From: the human T2T-CHM13v2.0 reference genome, Homo sapiens
Direction: 5' to 3' (one strand)
NCBI RefSeq assembly: GCF_009914755.1
Contig: NC_060942.1
Length of the DNA: 64,000 nucleotides
Shown one piece after another: positions 1 to 15,941 of the stretch. Under the pieces are notes generated by a model. That model had not been told where the DNA came from. It made no database searches and saw only the letters and a program-made list of their open reading frames with translations. A program made the translations under genes and the position numbers. Every line of letters begins with the position of its first letter. The stretch's first letter is position 1.

Positions 1-715
1 GAGAAAAGAGGTCATGGGCAGTACCAGACAGCGCTAGTCACCAGACCACGGATACAGCCTCGGTGGCGGCAGCTGAGGCCGTGGTCTGGGGCATGTCCTG
101 AGTAGGCACTCCCGCAGGTACCAGTGAAGAAACTCTGGCGAGTGGGGGCCTATCCAGGTCGCCACTCTGCTTTCTCTGAGAAAGTTCTACCCGCAGGAAT
201 GAGGACCTAGAAGCAATGTGTGTGTTGCCACAGCTGATTGGCTAAAGTACAGGCATGGAGCCAAGCTGAGCCAATCAGATGGTGTCTCTGTAGGACCAAG
301 GGAGGGGAACGAGGCCCTGGGCTTGCTGAGACTGGCACATGTTAATGGCACCTCCTGCAATTTAAGTCTTCAGGGCGGTCCTGTTGTTTCCATCCCTGAG
401 AGAAAGCTTCCACTAATTCTATGAGATAAACTAGTAAGCGCTTCCTGTCAATACTCCCTTTAACTTTTCCTTAAGCTGGACAACTGGTTCTCGAGCAGGA
501 GTAATTTTGACACTAGAGGGCATTTAGCAATGTCTGGAGACACTCTTGGTTGTTGCAACCGGGAAGGGGGTGCTACTGGAATTTGATGGGTAGGGAGGGA
601 TGCTGCTGAAAACCCTATATTGCACAGGACAGCCCCCACCACAAAGAATTGTTTGGCCCCAAATGTTACTTTGAGCTTGACAGAGATCGTTTTTATTGCA
701 GCCTAAGGAGCATGC
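1..715 (+). mobile_element. Old ERVL-type LTR (LTR16/MLT-like), interrupted by MER20
   Basis: Has the agctgattggc...ccaagctgagccaatcaga motif, and the LTR 3' end motif is split around the MER20 (ccttaagctgg ... gagcttgacagagatcgtttttattgcagcc). Confidence 0.5.
483..668 (+). mobile_element. MER20 (hAT-Charlie DNA transposon)
   Basis: catttagcaatgtctggagacactcttggttgt...tgcacaggacagcccccaccacaaagaatt...ggccccaaatgt resembles the MER20 consensus. Confidence 0.85.
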
Positions 716-759
716 AACTCACCTTGATACAATGATCAGTTCATTCCTAGCATCATTAA

Positions 760-1265
760 TGGTGGCTCAACCACATGCCTTTGCTACTGTGAGGTAGTAT
801 GAAGCAAACAGCATCACTGTGATGTATTCTCCCCAACAAGTCTAACGTAAACCCATCATGTCTTTAGAGATGACTTCCAGTTTACAGGAAATTAAGGGAT
901 AGATTCATGAGCTAAACTACACATGACAAGGCAACCACACAAATCGAGATGGCAGGACATTTTGCAGGACAGCTAGCCCAGTCTCCAGCAAGTTGTAAAG
1001 GGCATTGTGGAGTCAAGCAGGGAAACTCAAATATAGTTGTGGAATTAGAGGAAATAATTTTTTTTAAATGGAAAGGTAAAGGTTATTGTCCAAAATAAGC
1101 ACAGGAAAAGATCCAGAAGGCTACTCACTAATGTTTTAACATTGGCAGTCTGAGTGGTGGGAACATACGGTATAGTTTGTTTTTTTTTTTTTGGTTTGTC
1201 TATATTTTTAAATTCTCTACAATGTACATGTACTTCTTCTATAATATTAAAATGTTATTAAAAAT
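760..1265 (+). mobile_element. Ancient L1 (L1ME-like) 3' fragments
   Basis: Degenerate L1M 3' UTR motifs (acttccagtttacaggaaatt; aattctctacaatgtacatgtact). Confidence 0.45.
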
Positions 1266-1275
1266 AAACAATAGA

Positions 1276-1568
1276 GGTTGGTTGTGGTGGTGGCTCACAC
1301 CTGTAATCCCAGCACTTTGAGAGGCCAAGGCAGGAGGATTGCTTGAGCCTAGGAGTTTGAGATCAACCTGTGGCGGCTCAGTGAGACCGTCTCTACAAAA
1401 AATGAAAAACTAGCTGAGTGTGGTGGTGCATGCCTGCAGCCCCAGCTACTTCGGGGGCGCTGAGCGGGGAGGACTGCTTGAACCTGGGAGGTTGAGACTG
1501 CAGTGAGCTATGATTGCACCACTGCATTCCAGCCTGGGTGACAGCGCAAGACCCTGTCTCAAAAAAAA
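1276..1568 (+). mobile_element. AluJ-like
   Basis: Dimeric Alu with J diagnostics (ggattgcttgagcc, tgagctatgattgcacc) and an A tail. Confidence 0.9.
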
Positions 1569-1576
1569 TTTTTTAA

Positions 1577-1864
<288 letters not shown>

Positions 1865-2592
1865 CCAATTTTTTTTAAATTAATTAAAAAAATACCCAAT
1901 AGACTTTTGAACATATCCAGGGCTAGGTAAGTTGGGAGCTGCCTGCCAGCAAGTTTGTCTATGTCTAGGAATGGTGGACATACAGACAGACCATGAAAGA
2001 TGTGAGCAACATGGGGGCCACTTACCAAAGATGATGTTAAAGATAAAAGGCTACAGAGAGAGAGAGAGAGAGAAAGAGAGAATTGTGTGGTTCTCCATAA
2101 AAAATGGGGCCGAAGCTCTAGACTCTTGGTGTGCTGAGAGTTGCAACCACGTGTGTGTGTGTGCCTATGCATGCGTACACGCTCATGTGCAGGGCATAAA
2201 ACAACAATGAGCAAATCAGTAAAATTGGAGGGAGGGGAAAATTAAGGGAAGAGGGACAGTCATATCCATAATAAAACACTGCAGAAAAGTTCTGCAATCA
2301 CTTATGCAGAGAACAGATCTCAACAGCTTTCCATGGAAGCCAGGACAGGAGCAACTGCCACTTAAATGGTGTTCTGAAATATGAAATTATCTCAAAGATG
2401 AAATGGGTATCCGGCTCGGACAGCACATTTGCGGAATGAGATTTTAGGGGTGGAGGATCTTGTGACTTCAGGATTGAATGCACTTGTTCACCCAGTATTA
2501 AATGGCTAGGGAAAGAAGCAGGTAATCAATAAACATTCTCCCTAACAAACTTAGTGAAAGAGATTCTCTCCTCATGCAAAAAACCATGTCCT

Positions 2593-3087
<495 letters not shown>

Positions 3088-3899
3088 TCAGCTTCTGCTG
3101 CCCCTCCCAGGTCCCAGAACACCCTGTACTGTAATTTACAGCCTGTCACCAGAGGTTCTGTGGGAAATGTTTTAAGGCCCTGGGATATGTGAGTTTCATT
3201 TGACATGCTTTTGTTTTTTTTTTTTTCCCTCAAGCGTGGGTTACAGCTAAATCCTTAGCCAATTAAAGGGTGTGTTTGGTACTTAGAATTGATAAATAGC
3301 AGGTCTTTAAGAGCTCTGGAATCCTCAGGGAGCACGCAAAAGGTGCAGAGAAGCAGCTGTGCTAATCCTAGGCAGGTGGGTGGGTGAGTCCTTAAGCAAA
3401 CTGGCCACAGTTGAACTCCGTGTGGAAGTTTTTCCCTCCCCAGCACCTAACCTGAATGCTCTTGGAGGAAAAATAATGCCTGCTATGTAGGTTTATGTGC
3501 TGAGGTTTAGTTAAACCAAAGTGCGTGCCTAAAATACCTGGCTCAGTTTCTGGAACATACTGCAACTAAAAATGAATGGCTACTATCATTTCTAACTGTA
3601 ATTCCCAATATATTCTTTTGTGATTCCCTGCAGCCTGCATCCTTTTCAATAATGGGAATTATAAATTAATATTATTCTGATAAGCAGCATACAATGATGA
3701 TATTATATACACGTTTTGTATTTTCTACTTAGTCCTATATAATTTTGAAAGGAAGTGCATTGCCTATTCATATTTAGATTGTGGCTTCCTGCATCTCTTT
3801 TAACCCTTTTCTGCTGTATTTCAGTGAATTAATACTAAGCATTGATTATGTGCCCAACACACAATGTCCTCTGGAAAAACATAAAAATGTCCCTGCCTG

Positions 3900-3998
3900 G
3901 AGAATCGCTTGAACCTGTGAGGCAGAGGTTGCAGTAAGCCAAGATCGTGCCACTGCCCATCTCAAAAAAACAAACAAACAAACAACAAACAAACAAAA
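3900..3998 (+). mobile_element. 5'-truncated Alu right-arm fragment
   Basis: agaatcgcttgaacc...ctcaaaaaaa(caaa)n, flanked by ccctgcctg repeats. Confidence 0.8.
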
Positions 3999-4234
3999 AG
4001 GCCCTGCCTGCAAGAACCTTATAATGCAGCAAGGAAGTGAAGATATATACACAAAATATCCAGAGTCCAAACATCAGAAAGTAGATCAGCAGGTTTCAGA
4101 TGAACTGGTGGGAACAAGAGCCTAGTTTGCATGTTAGCCTCACTCCATTCATCTATTTACCCATCCATGCGTTCATTCACTCACGCCACAAATATTTACA
4201 TGCTTAATATGTGGCAGGTGCTGAGCATGTGGGA

Positions 4235-4728
4235 CAGATGCTGCTGGCTAGCTTCCCCAACAGCTATTTCAACCTCTTTCCCTTGCCTATTTCTCTTACT
4301 ACAGAGGCTAAAAATAAGCGAAGAAAAAAAAAATCCCTTTCTCAGCCACCAAGGAGAGGCTCCGTTCTGGCCAATGAGCCACAAAGGGAAAGCCTTCTGT
4401 GGGATCGTCTGACAAGGACAGAGTCTTGTGAGTTGAAAAGCTGTCTGTCCCTTTATCCTGCCTTGACTGAGGATGTGACGCCTGGAATGGTGATGCCTGG
4501 TGCCGTGATGCAGTCACCATATAATCTTGAGGTGACAGGCATGAGGCCAGAACGTCAACACTGAGGATGGCAAAACAGAAAGACAGAAAGCTTCCTGGTC
4601 CTCGATAACATTGCTGGGCAGATACCTCTGCCACAGGCCTCTGACTTCTCACGTGAGAAAAACAAATCTCCTATAGTGTAAGCCGCTGTTAATTGGCTGT
4701 TCCCACTCTCGTAGCTGGAAGCGTCCCT
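4235..4728 (+). mobile_element. MLT1 (ERVL-MaLR) solo LTR
   Basis: tggccaatgag, gaggatggcaaaacagaaagacagaaag...ctggtcctcgataacatt and tgagaaaaacaaatctcct...taagccgctg motifs. Confidence 0.7.
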
Positions 4729-5139
4729 ACCTCACAGCTGCGCAGATGGTGCTGCACAGTGAGTGATAGATGCACTGCGTGTGACCACGGAGAGTCAGGG
4801 GTACAGGTGAGCCTAAGCTACACCAGGCCCAGGTAGGTTTGCTGGGGGATGTGGTGAAAAAGATGACTCCTGAATTCCAGTAAAGGCCAGGGGAATGGCT
4901 GCATAGGCACACAGAGGGGCAGTTGTCAGGGGGCAAGAGGAGGGTGTGTCTGAGGGACCAAGAGAAGTCCTGTAGGGACATGTGGAGGGCAAGAGTGGGT
5001 GAGGTGGGCAGGGGCCAGAGCTTTCTGGGCCTTGTGGGCTCTGACAGGGATGTGGTGCTTTGCTCTGTGAGACAGAAGAATGAATGGAAGAAGCCATGGC
5101 TGCTCATTTCTGCTTGACCCTCTGACTCTGGGAGGACGT

Positions 5140-5512
5140 GCAGGTCTCCAGGAAAATGCCTTGAAGACACAACAAAGCTGAGTATACAGCCCCCCCAGGT
5201 CTCCTGCCTGAGTCACTACATTCCTTAAGAGATACATGACCCTAGTCTTTGCCTTTTCTTCCGTATGAGATAAAGTCTGACAGGTTGGTGATGACGCTTC
5301 TGTAATCTATAACACGCTGTACTCTTACACCCAAAGCTCGATGTATTCTGCTTGTAGCGTCTGAGCAAGTGTGATGTGATTTTCCATGTACTGAACCTCC
5401 ACCGCCTATATAACAAGCTGTGGGCTGAAATCCTGTGTGGGACCTCAGTAAGACTTCCGAGTAAAACTAACTTTAATTCTTGAAAAGCTTGGTTTATCTT
5501 CTTCATTTGACA
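5140..5512 (+). mobile_element. ERV-type LTR fragment (family undetermined)
   Basis: LTR-like layout with tatataa, an agtaaaact polyA-like motif and a ...catttgaca terminus. Confidence 0.5.
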
Positions 5513-5589
5513 GTTTCAGGAACAAGAGAAAGTCCCTGCAGAATTTCAAGCAGGAGCAACTCATGATACAGTTTTTAAAAAGTGTCACA

Positions 5590-5845
5590 TGGTCAGGGAT
5601 GGGGTAGGATGGTGGCAGGGAGAGAGAGGGGTGGGCATAACTGTCAAATGACTACAGGAGGGATCCTTGTGGTGATGGAACTGTTCAGAACCTTGACTGT
5701 ATCAGTGTCAATATCCTGGTTGTGATCCCAGTATTTTGCAAGATGTTATTACTGGGGGGAACTGGGTAACACAGCATCTCTATTATGTCTTACAACTGTA
5801 TGCAAATCTATAATGATGTCAAAATTAAAAGTTGAATTTTTTAAA
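5590..5845 (+). mobile_element. L1MC/MD 3' fragment
   Basis: gagggatccttgtggtgatggaactgttc...gtcaatatcctggttgtgat...ttttgcaagatgttatt. Confidence 0.7.
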
Positions 5846-5849
5846 AGTG

Positions 5850-6280
5850 TCTCATAGTTTCAATGCAGAGAACAAGTCAAAAAGGGGTAAGAGTGGGAGG
5901 GGGTAGACCAATTATGAAGCCACTCCAAGGAGTCCAGAGAGCTGCTGGGCCTTGGGCTAGGGAGGTGGGATGAGGGTAGTGGATTGATTCGCGATGCGTC
6001 CAGGAGGTTAAGATGACGGATGCGCTGACAGATCACACGTGGGAGGCGAAGAAGAGGAAAAAGTCCAGAAGGACTGCAGGTTCCTGCCTTGAGCAAGTAG
6101 GTGGATTCTGGCATCTTTTACTGAGATAGGATACAAAGGAAGAGGAGCAGATTTTGTTCTTGGTGGTGGTGGTGGCAGAGGGGGAGGCAGACAGAGTGAG
6201 CTCATTTTTGGGCATCTAAAGTTTAAAGAGCGAATGAACTATCCAGGCAGGGATTCTGGGTCGGCATTTGGAAATGCAAT
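5850..6280 (-). mobile_element. L2 fragment
   Basis: Degenerate antisense L2 motifs (ttgagcaagtaggtggattctggcatcttttactgagatagg). Confidence 0.55.
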
Positions 6281-7257
6281 CACCTAAACATGAGGTGATT
6301 TTCATATTGTACTAACCAAACCTTCTCCTGATGAAGTCCAGGCTATATATAACTTAGCGAAAAATATAATGAAATCCTATGGCAGTTTTTCCTTACTAGT
6401 ATACATGTCTGTAGCTGTGATAACTTGACTTCTTTTTTGACAACTTTATTTAAAAATTATTTTATTGTTTTATTTTAATGACTTAAGTCATATGTGAATG
6501 CCTGCTCATTGTAAAAACTAATGATAAAATTCATACTAAAGCATACGGAACTAAAAGTGAAATATCCTCCCTCACCCATTTCCAATTCTACTGCCTTTCC
6601 TCTAGGAAAATATGAGAGAGTAAGAAATTGTTCCCCCACCTCTCCACATCATGCTTTGGCCCTTCTCTCTACATGAGCTTACTTACTCCCTAAAGTGGGA
6701 AAGGGTCCAGAGCTGACTGGGGAGCGCCCGACGTTGGGGGCTCAGGTTGGACTAGTGGCCAGTCACTGCTGGAATCTGTGCCCTGGGCAGGGACCCAGCT
6801 TCCTGATTCCTCTTCCTGTCTCCACATGTGGCAAGCACCTGCTTTCTAGAACAGTCCTGGTTCTCTCCCTAGGTCTCTCTGTTTCACCTGCAGCTGCTGT
6901 GGGAAGCTGGCCTGCTCTCTTCAACTATGCCATTCATCAGCTGTGGCCTCGAAGACATGGGGCTGCTGTCTAAACCCAATCAGTCCCCTTGATCATGTCT
7001 GAGAGTGTGTGACCCCAGGTGCAGACTGAGGGCTGGAGGCAGAGACTGCACTTTGGCCTTGGGCCTGCAGAGTGTTGTCTAATTCAGCTATTATCTGAGA
7101 GCCCTGGATAAAATTTTTGCCCAAATTAATAAAGTAGCATGGAGAATAAGGCAGGAAAGAGGTTCAAAAGTTATCATGCCAAGAAAAAACTGTATATACT
7201 ATATTGAAAATTATCTTGGAAAAGCCTCTAGGAAGAGGCATATTGGAAATCGCTCCT

Positions 7258-7605
7258 TGGAATACCATGCAGCCATAAAAAGGAATGAGATCATGTCCTT
7301 GCAGGGATATGGATGAAGCTGGAAGCCATTATCCTCAGCAAATAACACAGGAACAGAAAACCAAACACTGCATGTTCTCACTTATAAGTGGGAGCTGAAC
7401 AATGAGAATACATGGACAAAGGGAGGGGAACAACACACACTGGGGCCTGTAGCAGGGATAGGGGGAGGGAGAGCATTAGGATAAATAACTAATGCATGCA
7501 AGGCTTAATACCTAGGTGATAGGTTGATAGGTGCAGCAAACCACCATAGCACGTTTACCTATGTAACAAACCTGCACATCCTGCACATGCACCCCAGAAC
7601 TTAAA

Positions 7606-7636
<31 letters not shown>

Positions 7637-7644
7637 GTAAAAAA
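7258..7644 (+). mobile_element. 5'-truncated L1PA (older primate subfamily) with (TAA)n tail
   Basis: Typical L1PA 3' end (gcagccataaaaaggaatgagatcatgtcc...aacaaacctgcacatcctgcacatg); TSD gaaatcgctcct (7246-7257) / gaaatcactcct (7645-7656). Confidence 0.92.
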
Positions 7645-8079
7645 GAAATCACTCCTCAATATGCTTCCTTTCCTGAGCTGGAAGAGATCACTACTGATGA
7701 AGCGGCTTTTGCTTAGGAGCCATGTTGCACAAACCAAACCCCCATGTCTTCAAACCCTGGAATCAAGCTCAGTGCGGTGAGATGCACGCCATTGAGGGGG
7801 CCTTGGGAACTGCCCTTGGCTGGGAGCAGCGGGCTCCTGTGCCTTCCTCAGGCTCATTCCAGGGCTGCGGGAAGCTCATTCACTGGCTGCAGTTATTACA
7901 GTCTCTCTATTTTCTTGCCAATTGCATATAGTTGCCATGTAAAATAAATGTGCACATGATGCAACTCCTCTGTGCTCTCTTTTCCATTTGGCTAATAATC
8001 CTTGGCATGTGCCCCACTGTTCAAAATCCTGAAGGAGAAGATAACTAAGGGGCCCCTGAGCTTCTTATTAACTTGGGAT

Positions 8080-10335
<2,256 letters not shown>

Positions 10336-10540
10336 AATTATAATTCAATTCTTTAAATGAAAAGCGATCCTCTTTAAGTCATGTAGAAGTTTAATGGCCA
10401 TAACCACTATTTCATGAATAGTGAACCATGTCAAAGAGAACTCTGGCACCTTTCGAGTTGGTGTATGTTAATAATGTAGAACTAGAAATATTTTTTTGGA
10501 GCACATAAAAAAATCACATATTTATGCTATTGGTGATTTA

Positions 10541-10732
<192 letters not shown>

Positions 10733-13189
10733 TTAGATCAATTGTTCGGGCACTAGGACTAAGAGGTGTCTTTTATCACTGTCAAAGGTAGCACTTTTGA
10801 AGATGGCAGTAGGGAAAAATTACGATTGTCTGCAAAGTGTTGGTCCCCGCTTGATAAATATCTCAGGACGAGACCATTCAAAATAGTCCTAGGCTTTGTC
10901 AAATGAATTCTTTTATTCACTGTCTTTCACCTGCAAAGAAAATGTTCCTGACATGGTGATTACGGCTAAGTGCTGTCACTGTAATGGAAGATCACATCTT
11001 TCCCCGTGTTACTTAAAACAAGCATCCCTGATACTTAAAAAATGTTATTGCTCCAAAGCATCTTTGAAACAGGTTCTACTAAAAAAGCAATTTTGTTTTT
11101 AAGAAATCGTTTTCTGAGTTTTCCCCAACCACGAATCCCAAACTTTCTAAAAATAAGGCAAAGCCTATATGTTGACATCTACATTTAATTATATAAAAAA
11201 GAATAATTTAAAATGTCACTCATCTAGAAGAATGTGTTTTCCACTAACAATATACACTACAGTTTCTTAGGTCTCAGCGCAAAAAGCATTTTTAACAGCC
11301 AGGCACCATTACAAAAAAAATTTGGCCACCCCCAAAATATGACCTGTTCCAGAACATGAGTAGCTATGCTTAAAAACAATGATCCACATTATGCTTTTCC
11401 CAATTTTGGAATGAACATTTGTATGGTGTGCTACAGTTGAAGTGTTTTGCATCTATCATCATTTATCCCACTAATAAAGGCTGAACCTATACACATTAGT
11501 ATATACTCAGTTAATACAAGGTGGTCATATCTATACTGTGAAAACATAGAGGGCTGGCTAATGACATGCAAGCATTCCATATCAGAGAAGAGAAATCTCT
11601 CTCTGATTTGGAACAATATCATTTTGTTGCTCTGAAGATGATTTTGAAATTATACATTTTCTAATCATAGGTTGAAGTGGGGCAGGTGTAATGATAAATC
11701 AATAATTTCACCCCTCTTAAAATACAACAAACAAACAAGTAGGAAAGCTACTTCCCTCTCTCCCCCAGAAGAAAGGCATGTGAATTTTTGTTTCAATAGA
11801 AATCTTTTAAAGATAATTTTAAAGTTCATGTTTTAAAATCATGTTTAAAAACTCATGTTACGTTACTCTGAAGGTAGTAAGTGCAAAGAGGAAAGCAAGT
11901 AATTATGGTAGGGTTATTTTCTAAAATTCAATAAATATTTTTGAGCTAGCATTTTATCCAACTTTCCACGAATTGCCTGTGATTATCCAGGGTGTGGATT
12001 ACAACCTTTCTGGGATTCTTTCACTGCATGCCACCTAGTCATTCATTTCTCACTGACACATCAATCAAACAGTAGGCCTGAAACTAAAATATGCTTAGTC
12101 ACTTACTTGTAGTGTTTCCAGGACAATTTGATACAGGATGAAAAAGAATGAGATTTGTTTGCCTATTATTAAAACATTTTACTCTTCACTCTTAATAACA
12201 TGATAAATTTCCAGTTGACAGGGGAAGAAAAGGGAGCTATATTAAGTGCTTTCCAGATGCCTTGTACCATCCTTAGTACTTTATATATGTAACAAATCCA
12301 TTATCTTCATTTTAAAGATGAAGAAATAGGCTCGAAAAGATGATTAACTTGCCCAACTAGTTAAGCAGCATTGGGGTATTTGTGCACAGTCTGTCTGGTC
12401 CTAAAGGGGCCTCCCTTACAACGATTGGAATGAAAAGAATTACCAATATCGAATGAAAGCTTATGGTCTAGAGTTTTATTTCTGCCATATATTTGTGGAG
12501 TGAGAATTTTACAATGAAATCCAAGCACCTATACCGAAATAAGTCAGTATCAGTGATCTTGTCACTTTAGTAAGAGAGGAAAAGTAGGTATTTTGTTCTT
12601 TTAAAAATCCTGTTTTTTAATTTTTAGATAAACTCTCATTTTCAGGTCTAGACTTGGATGTACGCTTGCACAGAATGAGTGATTAATAAACCTATACGGG
12701 GTGAATGTGTAAAGGAACCAGGACTGAGGAGTGCGGAATGAGAATGGGGTTTGGCTAGTTACTAGCTGTAATCTAGGTGAATCGACTTCTCTGTCTCCAT
12801 TTTTTTTAAAATTAAGTCTCACTTTGTTTTATAAAATAACTTTAACTTTTTCTCAGGGTTGATGAGGAAATCCAGTGTGCTCGTGGTGAACTCAAAAAAT
12901 GCACAGCAATAGAAAGTATTCCAAGCCAGTCAACAAAAATTTCTATAAAAGCAGCTCTTAAAAGACTGCAAGTGCTAAGGCACAGGATTTAAGGAGAAAA
13001 AGGAACAATCCTGGAGGTGCATTGTTTATAGACCTTTCTAAAAATAGGAGAGAAGTGTCATTTAAATGGTTTTTAAGATGCAAAAACCAAGAACAAAAAA
13101 CAACCTCGGGTGTGGATGCAATGAGGCATCTTCACTTCCAATGTAGTTAAAATAGGAAAAAGCTGCAAAGAGAAGAGCAAGAGGGAGAT

Positions 13190-13830
13190 CTGAAGCGAGC
13201 ACTAGCAGAGCTGGCCCCACGAATAACCTAGAGGCCGCCTGGGCGTCCGGGTGGGAGAGACAGTGGGGAGAAGTGGACTCTTCAGGCGGCCTCCACCAAG
13301 ACCAGAGGAGACGAAAAGCTGAGGAAGGCCTGGATTCCACCCAGCACAAGAGGAAACCTAGCCAGGGAATTTTTCTTATGAGGGGGTCCAGTCAAAGGGC
13401 AGCAAGAAAGGCCCAGGCCCTGTCTCGGGGGCCCCCTTGCCTGGTGAAACCGCAGACCCCCCGCCAGGCCGTGGGAACGCTGGCGGCCAGCTCGGCCAGA
13501 CCCGATGGAAGGGGCTGAAAAACGCGCGCTGCCAGGGCAGAAAAGGCTGCGTGGGCTCCGTGGAAGCAGAGCAGGCAAGGGGTGTGGAGAGAAAGAGGAA
13601 AGGGCTGGAAGGGAAGGGTGCTTGGGCCGCGGAGGCACAGGCCTGGCGGAGGTGAAAGCCTCTCAGAGAAGAAAACGTTCCCCATTGGAAGCAACAAACG
13701 CTGGGAGTAATAAAAAGAAACGCAGGGCTGCTGATTTCTGCCAACTTTAAAAGGAGGAACGTTGGAGTTGTGAAAACACAGTGGAGGGGGCACGTGGTGC
13801 CAAGGGTCGTAAAATGGCGTCCCTGGGTGG
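13190..13830. promoter_or_regulatory. Intronic GC/CpG-rich patch (candidate enhancer or alternative promoter)
   Basis: About 30 CpGs counted by eye in about 640 bp of non-repeat sequence, against CpG-poor flanks. Contains CGTGGGAA, CACGTG and AAAATGGCG motifs. Confidence 0.55.
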
Positions 13831-14194
13831 TTTTTGAGATTGGCAGGACTGTGCTGTGGAAAAGTATTGTTTGGCTAAGCAAATAATGGGGAAAATCGGC
13901 ACAGGCTGTATTTCTTGTGGACATGTGAATGGAGTTACAAATCAAACTGCAGTGATTTGTAAACTCTGATGCCTGAAAACTATGTGGAACTCATTACAGT
14001 TTACTAACCTTGGAGAACATTCCTGTTTTCCAACTAGCCAAGACCAAGCTGGCTCCAGACGATGTATGGCTGGTTTTGGAATTTTTTTTTTTTTTTCACT
14101 CATTGAATCAAGTGGCAATGCTGAGAACGACTTTCTTCCACCAATTTCTTTTTGTTTTTTAAGGATGATCATTACTATTTTAACTATTTTTTTT

Positions 14195-14410
14195 ACTTTT
14201 TAAAACATTTTATTTTGAACAATTTCAAACTTATGCCAAAGCAGAGAAAATAATAGAATGAACCCCCATATGACCATCAACCAGCTTCAAAAGCTGTCAA
14301 TTCCTGGTTAATTTTGTTTCAACTCTACCTCTATGCCTCATTCTCCTTTCCACTGGTTATTCTGAGGTAAATCTCAAACACTGTATTATTTTACTGTACA
14401 TATTTCATTA
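14195..14410 (-). mobile_element. L1M 3' end fragment
   Basis: tttattttgaacaatttcaaactt...aatgaacccccatatgaccatcaaccagcttcaa. Confidence 0.6.
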
Positions 14411-14521
14411 ACTAATAAGATTGGAAAGTTCACTCAAAATATGTTCACTAAAAAAAAGTTCATTAAAAATGACAGATACTGAATTCCACTCAATATTAGC
14501 TTTTTAATATTAGCACTCTGA

Positions 14522-14812
14522 GGCTTGGGCATGGTGGCTCATGCCTGTAATCCCAGCACTTTGGGAGGCTGAGGTGGGCAGATCCCAAGGTCAGGAGTTC
14601 AAGATGAGCCTGACCAACATGGTGAAACCCTGTCTCTACTAAAAATACAAAAATTAGCCGGGTGTGGTGGCACGCACCTGTAATCCCAGCAACTCGGGAG
14701 GTTGAGGCAGAGAATTGCCTGAACCCGGGAGATGGAGGTTGTAGTGAGCCAAGATCATGTCACTGCACTCCAGCCTGGGCAACAGAGCGAGACTTTGTCT
14801 TAAAAAAAAAAA
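14522..14812 (+). mobile_element. AluS
   Basis: Full Alu; TSD attagcactctg on both sides. Confidence 0.93.
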
Positions 14813-15114
14813 ATTAGCACTCTGTTGATTACTCTTGTTTATAGAGCAAATAATGCAAGACCTAATCTCTGAGGAAACCAAGCTCATTTGGTGGGAAGTG
14901 AGTCTGGTTCTCTCCACTCTCCCTGGCATCGTGTGCTGTCCACACTGTGCATTAAAGAATGGTCTTAAGTCAAAGAGAGTATGGGGCTAGGATCCTACAT
15001 TTGGCTTAGCGTGAATCATTCATTAAGAATTTTTTCTTGTGTATTCATTCATTTTATGGACCTGATATCTCTAATTTCCTGTGACTCAGGTTCTTAAGAA
15101 TTTCTTTGTTTCTT

Positions 15115-15620
15115 GTGTAATCATTCAGTTACTCATTCACTCTTTCCACCAGTATTAGTGGGGGCTCACTATGCCAGATACAGGGGATGCAGTAGTAAAT
15201 AAGCCACAGTCCTTGCTTTTGTGGAATTTAAGTCGTCGGGGCTGGGAGTGTGGGTCAAGTGCAGTGTGATCAAGTGTGTCACTGGGTGTGCACAGTGGGC
15301 TCAGGAGGTGCACCTGGCTCACCTAACTCAATCTGGGGTTGGCAGGGAAGAAAGAGAAAGCTCATTGGAGACCTGAAGGAGAAGAAGTTGGCCAGGTACA
15401 GGGGCAGGAGGTAAGGTTAGGTAAGCAGGGAGAAGGGTGCGGAAGATACAAAGGCTTGTAGCCAAACCCTGCCATGTGATTACTCTCTATTGGGGTGTAG
15501 TCAGGCTGGCTGAAAAATGAGGCTGAAGCAGCAGAAGCCAGATCGTAAAAAGCCATGTGAGCCGGGTCAAGGAGTTTAGATTTGGTCTCAAGGGCAATAG
15601 CGACTGGTGTCAGGCTATGT
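15115..15620 (-). mobile_element. L2 3' fragment
   Basis: cattcactc...actatgccagatacaggggatgcagtagtaaataag and downstream L2 motifs. Confidence 0.55.
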
Positions 15621-15767
15621 TGTCAGGGACAGTAAGTAAAAGAGCACATTTAGGAGTGAGACAGTCAAGGTGCCACATCTGAAATCACGCCTTCTCACAG
15701 ACACAGCTTCTGGCTTATCCAAATCCTGTCTGTTTTGCCTTGCTTTGACTACATCATTTGCATAATG

Positions 15768-15941
15768 CAGTGGTTCTTAACCCTGGCTACACAGTGGCAT
15801 CACCTGGGCAACTCTGAAAAAATAATGATGCTGGGCCCCCATCCCCAGCTATTCTGATGTAATTGGTTGGGAATGAAGCCCAGGCATCTGTATTTTTTTT
15901 AAAAAAAACTCTCTAAGTCTCAACTGAGTTGAGAACCAGTG
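15768..15941. mobile_element. MER5 (hAT-Charlie)
   Basis: Terminal inverted repeats cagtggttcttaacc ... gttgagaaccagtg. Confidence 0.8.

Noticed and set aside
13062-13945. Cluster of overlapping ORFs up to 189 aa
   Set aside because: Expected from stop-poor GC-rich DNA; no recognisable domain and no consistent exon structure.
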